NCBI GenBank assembly: GCA_051117555.1
Contig: JBNPEG010000181.1
Coordinates: 1-24,594 of the forward strand
Direction: 5' to 3'
Length of the DNA stretch: 24,594 nt
Source of the DNA: Elainellaceae cyanobacterium
Lineage (GTDB): Bacteria; Cyanobacteriota; Cyanobacteriia; CAZCXK01
Part shown: one piece after another, positions 17,801 through 24,594 of the stretch
Position numbering within the stretch: the first letter of the stretch is position 1
How the letters are laid out: every line of letters begins with the position of its first letter
Position numbers and translations under genes: made by a program
Notes under the pieces: generated by a model
What the model was told of the DNA's origin: nothing
The model's input: only the letters and a program-made list of their open reading frames with translations
Databases searched by the model: none

Positions 17801-18446
17801 TAGAGGGGCGATCGCTCGTCTCAGAAATCTGTGGGATATACGAAAAACAGCGATCGGCGAGCTGATTCTTGCGATGTTGATATGGACGTAGGAGGCAGCA
17901 ATCGACCTCAAACATATCCCCGACCGTCTCAACTACAGTTTGTAGAATCTGCCGAGAACTCAGCGCTCCCCGAATAGCCTGATTGAGATCATTTAACAGT
18001 GATTCTTGGCGGAGCGTCCGCCGGAGATCATACGTGCGAGCTTTAAGAACATTATGGATATCCATCGCTTGCCGAACGACAGATTTAAGCTCTGCATCAT
18101 CCCACGGCTTTGTGACATACTTAAAGACCTTCCCCGAATTGATCGCTTCTACTAAGTCTTCAACATCGGTATACCCCGTTAAGATAATTCGAATAATGTC
18201 AGGATATTGTGTTGCAGTCAGACTCAGAAACTCAGTTCCGCTCATCAGTGGCATTCGCTGATCGGAAATGATGATCGCAACATCTCCCTCATCGGATAAA
18301 ATGTCTAATGCAGCAGGAGCATGTTCGGCACGCAAGACTTTAAACTCCCGATGAAATGTGCGATAGAGCAAATCGAGATTGTCTGGTTCATCATCAACAA
18401 CCAGAATCTTAGGTTTTTCGCTCGACTGATTACTCTCTAATTTCAT
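14871..18446 (-). CDS. cyaC: Adenylate cyclase CyaC (REC-GAF-GAF-HisKA-HATPase-REC-class III cyclase)
   Basis: Receiver ILVVDDEPD..SDQRMP, two GAF domains, H-box SHEFRTPL, NLLSNAIKFT, DTGIGI, GSGLGL, second receiver VVDDNPD..SDWMMP, and cyclase FSDIIGFT, DKFMGDA, YTAIGPSVNIAARIQ. Confidence 0.95.
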   Translation of the reverse strand: MKLESNQSSEKPKILVVDDEPDNLDLLYRTFHREFKVLRAEHAPAALDILSDEGDVAIIISDQRMPLMSGTEFLSLTATQYPDIIRIILTGYTDVEDLVEAINSGKVFKYVTKPWDDAELKSVVRQAMDIHNVLKARTYDLRRTLRQESLLNDLNQAIRGALSSRQILQTVVETVGDMFEVDCCLLRPYQHRKNQLADRCFSYIPQISETSDRPSIPQSDHSFDISSLIHTVWKSLDVQVIEDAQTDWHLSLGGAVDQVCVDAYKKAGIRSSLIVPLICQQDLMAVLALHQCAYLRNWHEDDVRLVMMVADQAALALSQSRAYERVRALAKREALVNTITTAIRSSLDPQSIFAAITQQLGQALHVDGCALSLWTENDEFVQCVGLHDAVYRREYHSTSPDSFENQGETWVGVLPISGANVAESNLYTTGDESRPLPQSLVPIDGNPVLKQLLATQEPVVIDDLSQHPEMNRLDLPVRSPARALLVMPLLSDGQIIGSISLRHAHQPRHWQPEEIELVQTVAAQAAIAVQQSRLYQTMRQQAEQLLELDRQKTEFFQTISHEFRTPLTLTIGPLEESVARQQGLTYEQSVIALRNSRRLLRLVNQLLDLQRLDAGRMQPRFRPCDVVDFVSQIVESFRPYSEKKQIQLLASLNACPPIYLDLEKFDKVLYNLLSNAIKFTPAGGTITVMLDSATDHCLLRVQDTGIGIRADQIPHLFERFHQAEGSTNRSFEGSGLGLALVKELVELHGGTVSLESTFGEGTTFTVWLPTGLAHLPVDQVIEVPAEIEHSRALVELADIEADLHDGGDRSVGESVDEVDSHRVKMPPSPDDSEDQTNAHIVVVDDNPDLRNYVSTVLQKAGYQVSIARNGLDGFQLLQRIRPDLVVSDWMMPVMSGLEMIQQIRNHDELNGTPIILLTAKADEDTRIEGTEQGANAYLSKPFNHRELLAEVRNLLALKANEMRVAELNTYLTESVLKRFLPPQLVRKAARGELALDLRPEPRLVTVLFSDIIGFTQLSNTLRSRRVAEVLNEYLTDMTQAIFDHGGTVDKFMGDAILALFGAPEDLSPDEQVRRAIAAARQMHQSLETLNERWQAQGIDPVQFRCGIHQGSAVVGMFGGAERADYTAIGPSVNIAARIQAAAEPNSILVSAAVADYLGEEVITKVRPLKLKGVDETVLTFAIRSNVGSAPN

Positions 18447-18913
18447 GCGCCATTTTCCTGACGTTAGAGCAGACAGATAATGCTAGGCTTGCCCCAGCCT
18501 CACAACCTGCCCTAATTCGGTTCAAGATATAAGTTCTGAAATGGGATTCCATCCCCGATCCTGACGGCTACACATTTCTTGAATCCTGATTTGTTGAATC
18601 ATGAGGAGATCATGGACGACGCACCCGCATACCTCTTCCTCTAGCAGGAGACCATCAATATTTTTGTCTAGGTGCCTAGTGATGTGCATCCAATGTGCAT
18701 AACCAGGCATATTGCCCCTGATTATAAATCGGCTTGATGAGATGACGATGAGCTATCAGTCGCGAACCGCAACCCCTATAGAAAATGCTCTCCCTGATGA
18801 ATGCGGCATGTGAGCTGCCGCCCACATAGTCGATACTAGATTATCTCGAATTGCTGCTGTTGCAAACTGAACCTATGCTCAAGTGTGATGGCTGTATGCG
18901 ATGGTCGTATTAC

Positions 18914-18952
18914 GATGGCTGCATGGAGTAGATGGCTGCATGGAGTAGATGG
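18914..18952. repeat. 17-bp tandem repeat x2.3 in the cyaC/GNAT divergent intergenic region
   Basis: GATGGCTGCATGGAGTA GATGGCTGCATGGAGTA GATGG. Confidence 0.88.
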
Positions 18953-19255
18953 ATTGTCATATGAGCGATCGCCCACTGCTCCAATAAATTTTAGACATCG
19001 AGTCAATAGCCTGGGGCACTCAATATGGCTTAGTGACGCATTGCTTATCCGTTGTTTCCACCTAAATTTGCTTGAAATTAGGAGTATCTCGGATGGATAT
19101 CTGCATCCTGTAATGGCAAACTGAGAACATACTCAGTTGCCTTGAGCAAAGTGTCCCATAGGAGTTGCTCGGATTGAGTGACCTAAGCTGCATTCTCATA
19201 TTTTTTTGTCTTGAGTATCCCAGTTTTGTTTTCAGTCTTGTTTAAGGTTCTGCAC

Positions 19256-19858
19256 GTGGAATCTATTCAGCAACCCTGTCCCTGTTTTTCCTTCTCAGTT
19301 CGAGCTGCCCGCCTTACTGACCTTAATGATTTAGCTGATTTGCTGGTTCAGAGTTTTCATTCCCAAACTGGCGTTTGGAGCTTGATGATGCCCTTATTTC
19401 GACTGGGCATCTACGAAGATTTGAAGTATCGGTTGAAGTCAGATAACGACCATTACGTATGTTTTGTCGCGATTAATGGATCAGATAATGGATCAGATCT
19501 GAGCAATAGCCAGGTGATTGGCGGGGTTGAAATGGCACTTCGCAGCCGTGATTTTTGGCAACCCATTGCTAAGCAGCAACCTTATCTTTCAAATTTGGCA
19601 GTGCGAGCCGAGTATCGGCAGAGAGGCGTCGCTCAACGCCTATTGCGCGCGTCTGAACACTGTGCCCTGGATTGGGGATTTCAAGATCTATATCTCCATG
19701 TACTCGAAGATAATAAACAGGCCCGTCGTCTGTATCAAAAAGCGGGCTATCGAGTACAACGATTTGAATCTGGTTTGCTATCGTGGTTGGCAGGTCGTCC
19801 CCGACAAATTCTTTTACATAAACACCTTGTTTCTCCCCAAAATCATAGCGATTCATGA
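19256..19858 (+). CDS. GNAT-family N-acetyltransferase
   Basis: YLSNLAVRAEYRQRGVAQRLL (acetyl-CoA-binding motif A) and LHVLEDNKQARRLYQKAGY. The start is uncertain (GTG 19256 or TTG 19211). Confidence 0.9.
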   Translation: MESIQQPCPCFSFSVRAARLTDLNDLADLLVQSFHSQTGVWSLMMPLFRLGIYEDLKYRLKSDNDHYVCFVAINGSDNGSDLSNSQVIGGVEMALRSRDFWQPIAKQQPYLSNLAVRAEYRQRGVAQRLLRASEHCALDWGFQDLYLHVLEDNKQARRLYQKAGYRVQRFESGLLSWLAGRPRQILLHKHLVSPQNHSDS

Positions 19859-19863
19859 TGTAT

Positions 19864-19976
19864 GTAGGCAGTCCTAAATGATTCGTAAGAGGGGTGGAGG
19901 GGGCGTTGCCCCCTTCTTGGGGACCGAAGTCCCCAAACCCCTTTGGGTTTTCCCACAATTGATTTGGGATTGCTAC
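19864..19976. mobile_element. ~113-bp inverted-repeat-bounded element with GC-rich hairpins (MITE/REP-like)
   Basis: Ends GTAGGCAGTCCTAAATGATT and AATTGATTTGGGATTGCTAC are imperfect inverted repeats. Internal hairpins are GGGGGC-GTT-GCCCCC, TTGGGGAC-CGAA-GTCCCCAA and AAACCC-CTTT-GGGTTT. Confidence 0.7.
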
Positions 19977-20132
19977 GTCAGCGTGTAATCATTAACTTCA
20001 CTCAATTCATGATCGAGATCACCTATGATGTGTGAGAATTTGCTTTCATTTGGGTAGTTAGTTCTGTATTCTAAGTTGAACCATCAGGCGCGCGATTTCG
20101 AGTCAAGCTCACTAATGATGAAGTAAAGATTT

Positions 20133-22613
20133 ATGCGGCGTGACTTGCAACCCCAGGGCAAGGATCAGCCTCGCTCTCAGAATCAGTCTCGACCGTCTGG
20201 TAAAAGTCAAGGCAGCATTCCCCAGAGGGTCATCCAGAGCTTACCGCTGAGAGAGCGTCTCGCGCCCGTAGCGAGTGCGTTAATTCAAGGACGGCAGAAG
20301 CTTGGCCCGGTTGGGTTCGGGCATTTGTTTATGGGAACGTGGGCACTGATCGGAGCGATCGCCACGACCCTTGATATCGGTTTGGTCGAATTGCTCGAAC
20401 GGCAAACCCAGACGGTTTTTTTTCAACTCAGAGGCACTGTCGAGCCTCCCAGTGAGGTGGTCATTCTAGCGATTGATGAACAATCCTTGGATCAAGGGGA
20501 AATCTATACCGCGACCCCAGAAGCCTATCCCTATTTGGAACCTCTCCAAGCGTGGCCATGGCAGCGACAAGCCTATGCGATCGCCATCGATCGGCTCATG
20601 CAGGCTGGAGCACGTACCGTTTCTCTAGACTTAATTTTTGACACCCCTAGCAGTTGGGGTATGGCGGATGATCAAGAACTTAAGCGAGTTCTCCAGAACT
20701 ATGAAGGACGTGTTGCCATAGCAGCAAGCTATGAAGACCAAAGGATTCAAGGTCAAGGAACAGTCACTCAGCTCATTGAGCCGCTGCTATTCTTTCGGAC
20801 GGAGGCAGCACGGGTGGGATCAATCAATTTTTGGATTGATTGGGATGGCAGAATCCATCGGCTATCTAGAGAATTTCCAATTCTCCTTGCTCAGCAATAT
20901 CCCGATCTAGTCGATCCGTTTCAAGAATTTGGCACGATGCTGCCGTCGTTTGAGCAGGCAACCTTACGGGCTGCCCAAATTCCAGAGACAGAACCCAGAG
21001 GCAGCGACATTTTCTTTTATGGCCCCCAAGAGACATTTACTCAGTTCTCGTTCTGGCAGGTTCTCGATCCTGAAACATGGGATAAGCACGTCCAAGAGCA
21101 AACCTTTAAGGACAAAATTGTTCTAGTCGGTCCGACAGCCACTCTGTTTCAAGATATGCATGCAACCCCGTTTGGCAAAATGTCAGGGGTAGAAGTCCAT
21201 GCAAACGCCATCGCAACTCTGCTAGAAAACCGGGCGATCGCCCACGCACTGCCCAATTCATATTGGCGAGGAGTATTGGTATTTATAAGCGCCCTAGCGT
21301 TGGGCACGCTCATCAGCCAACCTCAGCAACCCTCGGCACGATTTCGTCGAACCTTGCTCTTTTTACTCCTTTGGGGCGTTTTGGGTGGAGGGCTATTTAT
21401 AGGGGCGCTATTGATCATTCCAACAGCAATCCCCATGGCTACCATTGGCTTGGGGGGCCTGTCTTACGTAATTACGAGCCTAGCAGGCGAAAATCTACGC
21501 AAACTCAAATTGCGTAGTACCCTCAAGCAATATGCAAGCTCACCCATTATTCAAGAAATTATTAGTCAGCAAGATGATCTCCGAGATTTACTCGAGGAAC
21601 GAGAAAGAGAAGCACTCGGAAAACTGCTGGGTGGACGATATCAAATTATTGAAGTCTTGGGTTCTGGCGGATTCGGAGAAACCTACATCGCGGCAGACAC
21701 CCAGCGCCCAGGCCATCCTCTCTGCGTAGCAAAACGACTAAGACCCATCAGCGATGACCTAAAGCTATTGAATTTAGCTCGGCGGTTGTTTCAGCGTGAG
21801 GCAGAAACGCTGGAGCGACTAGGTAAGCACGAACAGATTCCTCAACTACTGGCCTATTTTGAAGAAGACCAAGAGTTTTATCTCGTTCAAGAATTTATTG
21901 ATGGACATCCTCTTCGTGAAGAACTGATTTCTAATCAGAAACTGCCTGAGAAGTGGGTCGTTGGGCTGCTGAAAGAGCTGCTCAAAATTCTAGAATTTAT
22001 TCATGAGTTTGGTGTTATTCACCGGGATATCAAACCGAGCAACATCATTCGTCGACATTCCGACCATCGCTTAGTCGTCATCGACTTTGGAGCCGTCAAA
22101 GAGATTCATGGCGGATTGATTGACGATAATTCTCAAGTCAACACGGTCGGCATCGGAACACGAGGCTACATGCCTAACGAACAGTGCGCAGGGCATCCTC
22201 GATTTAACAGTGATATCTATGCGGTCGGAGTTATTGGAATTCAAGCTTTAACAGGTCTTTCTCCTGAGCGTTTACAAGAAGACCCCCGCACAGGAGAACT
22301 CATTTGGGCCAATGGACTCCACATTACGCCCGAATTACAAAAAATCTTGACGAAAATGATTCGTTACGACTTTAGTCAACGCTATCAGTCAGTCGATACA
22401 GTTTTAACCGATTTAGAGAATTTACCCGGATTCACAGACATGGCGCCGGTACCTTTCGTTCATCCAGTCCCTAGTTTGCCTGAACGAGACGATAGTCAGT
22501 TTCCTCATATTCATATCGTCTATGACGACAAAGACTGTGCAGACGACCCAATTGCGCCGACACGGCTTTGGGGTGAAGAATCATGCAGTGAGGAGCATTC
22601 GCCTGATGCGTAG
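20133..22613 (+). CDS. CHASE2-domain transmembrane Ser/Thr protein kinase
   Basis: N-terminal TM, CHASE2 motifs (VVILAIDEQSL, WPWQR, FKDKIVLVG, MSGVEVHANAIATLL), three TM helices, and Hanks kinase motifs LGSGGFGETY, VAK, HRDIKPSN, DFG, GTRGYMPNEQ. Confidence 0.93.
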   Translation: MRRDLQPQGKDQPRSQNQSRPSGKSQGSIPQRVIQSLPLRERLAPVASALIQGRQKLGPVGFGHLFMGTWALIGAIATTLDIGLVELLERQTQTVFFQLRGTVEPPSEVVILAIDEQSLDQGEIYTATPEAYPYLEPLQAWPWQRQAYAIAIDRLMQAGARTVSLDLIFDTPSSWGMADDQELKRVLQNYEGRVAIAASYEDQRIQGQGTVTQLIEPLLFFRTEAARVGSINFWIDWDGRIHRLSREFPILLAQQYPDLVDPFQEFGTMLPSFEQATLRAAQIPETEPRGSDIFFYGPQETFTQFSFWQVLDPETWDKHVQEQTFKDKIVLVGPTATLFQDMHATPFGKMSGVEVHANAIATLLENRAIAHALPNSYWRGVLVFISALALGTLISQPQQPSARFRRTLLFLLLWGVLGGGLFIGALLIIPTAIPMATIGLGGLSYVITSLAGENLRKLKLRSTLKQYASSPIIQEIISQQDDLRDLLEEREREALGKLLGGRYQIIEVLGSGGFGETYIAADTQRPGHPLCVAKRLRPISDDLKLLNLARRLFQREAETLERLGKHEQIPQLLAYFEEDQEFYLVQEFIDGHPLREELISNQKLPEKWVVGLLKELLKILEFIHEFGVIHRDIKPSNIIRRHSDHRLVVIDFGAVKEIHGGLIDDNSQVNTVGIGTRGYMPNEQCAGHPRFNSDIYAVGVIGIQALTGLSPERLQEDPRTGELIWANGLHITPELQKILTKMIRYDFSQRYQSVDTVLTDLENLPGFTDMAPVPFVHPVPSLPERDDSQFPHIHIVYDDKDCADDPIAPTRLWGEESCSEEHSPDA

Positions 22614-22881
22614 TCTACGTATTGCTGCTGAATACGGCTTCGAAAGCCATTTCGTATGCCTAATCTCAATGCCCTCACTCAACCCAATAAAAATTTAAAG
22701 GTACGGCCTTGCCTCAAGCAAAACGCACTCGTTCGAACAATTTGCCATAGGGCGGTGTGTTCGCGCTAGGACGAGTAGCATTGATTGTCTCGCTCACATC
22801 TGGAGATGCTGTAATCATCCCTTCATTCAGCAACGCCATGCCACATACTGTTGTCAACAAGTCAACAAGCGGTTTTAAACA

Positions 22882-24072
22882 TTAATTGGGCACGCTAATG
22901 CCTGGTTCCTGAACGTTAGGTGGATTATTAGGGGCGTTATTGGGTGGATTATTAGGTGTGTTATCGGGTGGATTATTAGGCGTGTTATCGGGTGGATTAT
23001 TGGGGGCGCTATTGGGTGGATTATCGACACCAATTGGCGGCTCTACTGGTGAACCAGGTTGCTGAGGAGGTTCGATAGGTTGAATTGGTTCAACGGGGTC
23101 AGGAGGTTGAGTCGGCTCCACGGGGTCAGGAATATTATTAGGAGGCGATGGCGTATCATTAGTAGGCGGTTCAAAAGGACTTTCAGGACCTTGAATTTCT
23201 CCTGCTTCAAAAATGGATCGAATTTGATCGGAGAGGGGCAATCCAGAATCAGTAGAGGGGGTAAACAACGAATTTCCTGATTGATCGCGGGATAATGTTG
23301 CAGAGAGACGAATGAAAGCTGGATTGACAATAATGTCATCACCCACAATCGGAGACTGTCGTTGGATAGCATCGATTGTCTCTTGCCGCACTTGGGTGAT
23401 CGCCTGATCTGCTGCATTCTCAGATCGCACATTAGAAGCCCCGCTTGCATCAGCGAGACCTAAGCCTCTAGCAAGTTCGCTGGTCTCGTAGAAAGCGCCT
23501 AAATCAAACTCATAAACCCGGATAATCGAATCTTCAAAAATTACTGCCATCTGACCCGCTTCTAGCGCAAGCTGTTCAGATGCATCTTCATTAGCGACTT
23601 CAATCCCACTGTCGGTCAATGCACCAATCAGGGTAGTATCTGTTCCGGGGATATATCGGGCAAAAAGGGCTGACCCTCGAATACCAGCAGTTGCATTGGG
23701 AGTTTGGATTCGAGTCCTCCCTTGACCAGGAGGCACAAGCAATAAAAGCGTCCCGTTAGACAGCCGAAATGTTCGCGTGGCAGGAGAAAATCGAAAAACA
23801 ACCCGTTCGCCCAATCGTGCTAGCGAGCCGTCATTAAAGCGCAATTCGGCAAATGCTTCGCGAGCGGTGGACAACGCATCACCTGGGGTCATTCGGTCAG
23901 AGACACGAGCACGACGCCGAGGCCGATCTTCAGGGATGAGCTCGACAATGTTGCGGAGTTGTCGGACAACGGCTTGGGTGAGTGGGGTACGAGCGTTTGC
24001 CAAACCAGGAAGGAAGAAAGATTGAGAGCCCCAAAGTGCTAATGCCAGGACGAATATAAACCTGCGAATCAT
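22882..24072 (-). CDS. Exported FecR-domain protein with Pro/Asn-rich C-terminal tail
   Basis: Signal peptide, FecR-like GDALST..AELRFNDGSLARLG..IQTPNATAGIRGS, and GGAG RBS-like sequence upstream of ATG 24072. Confidence 0.88.
   Translation of the reverse strand: MIRRFIFVLALALWGSQSFFLPGLANARTPLTQAVVRQLRNIVELIPEDRPRRRARVSDRMTPGDALSTAREAFAELRFNDGSLARLGERVVFRFSPATRTFRLSNGTLLLLVPPGQGRTRIQTPNATAGIRGSALFARYIPGTDTTLIGALTDSGIEVANEDASEQLALEAGQMAVIFEDSIIRVYEFDLGAFYETSELARGLGLADASGASNVRSENAADQAITQVRQETIDAIQRQSPIVGDDIIVNPAFIRLSATLSRDQSGNSLFTPSTDSGLPLSDQIRSIFEAGEIQGPESPFEPPTNDTPSPPNNIPDPVEPTQPPDPVEPIQPIEPPQQPGSPVEPPIGVDNPPNSAPNNPPDNTPNNPPDNTPNNPPNNAPNNPPNVQEPGISVPN
22921..23025 (-). repeat. 24-bp in-frame tandem repeat x4+ (NNPPDNTP-like)
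   Basis: Units begin TGGATTAT at 22921, 22945, 22969, 22993 and 23017. Confidence 0.9.
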
Positions 24073-24594
24073 TCTCTGTCTCCGACTCTTAAGTCAATAC
24101 CTGATTACTGTGATGCCAATCATTAATGAACATGCCAAACCGTACGCTTCAGTTTCTTAGAAAACATGCGATATCCCCTTTCGACGCCCAATACGGCTGG
24201 ATAAGCTGCTTGATCGACTCATCAGCCGTGGCGCACTGAAGGTTAAGCCCTGAGTCAAATGCTTAAACGTACTTAATTGCTGTATGTTATTTGCAACTTC
24301 AGTGTAATCCCTGATTTGAGTGAATGGGAGATGATGCTGACGATTCTTGATTTAAGTCTTTATAAAGGCTCATCAAGCCTTCATAAAGACCGCCATTCCA
24401 TTGACTTTCAACTATGATTTTGCTGGTAATTAAATTCAACTTATCTATATTTAGTTAAAAGATTGGCAAAATTTATAGCACCTGGAATCGCAGGGTGTTC
24501 AACTTGATGGTTAAGTTTTGAATGACATCCACTCAAGCGAAACGTGCGTAATTATGGGTGAGTCATTTGTTTTTTTAGCCAAGATTCGGTGTAA

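Larger units (their letters stand above)
1219..21241. repeat. Dispersed HIP1 octamers (GCGATCGC)
   Basis: About 40 copies counted by eye (e.g. 1219, 1915, 2104, 2312, 11341, 12655, 21234); hallmark of many cyanobacterial genomes. Confidence 0.95.

Noticed and set aside
22882..22900. PEP-CTERM sorting signal at the end of the FecR protein (..ISVPN)
   Set aside because: There is no VPEP motif and no following TM helix or basic tail.
24109..24124. CRP-like site TGTGA-N6-TCATT upstream of the FecR gene
   Set aside because: It matches only 8/10 in an AT-rich region and could arise by chance; not supportable without conservation data.

Overview
This is a cyanobacterial chromosomal segment: about 40 HIP1 GCGATCGC octamers counted by eye, plus raf1, cyaC and an Npun_F0494-family gene beside cobQ. 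The core genes are tRNA-Ala(GGC), raf1, a GT-C membrane glycosyltransferase, a UvrD-type helicase, a conserved hypothetical, Npun_F0494-like/cobQ/2Fe-2S ferredoxin/folK, a cupin, the adenylate cyclase CyaC, a GNAT acetyltransferase, a CHASE2-Ser/Thr kinase and a convergent FecR-domain protein. The first ~1.55 kb, downstream of the tRNA 3' end, looks accessory and is the best candidate for something undescribed. It has a 21-bp tandem array, then a hairpin, then an uncharacterised 159-aa gene, followed by a ~180-bp palindromic element with a nested ~21-bp insert and a frameshifted small gene absent from the ORF track. A large signal-peptide WD40 gene (11220-14163) appears split by a 4-bp duplication. 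All family assignments come from motif recognition by eye; no searches were run.
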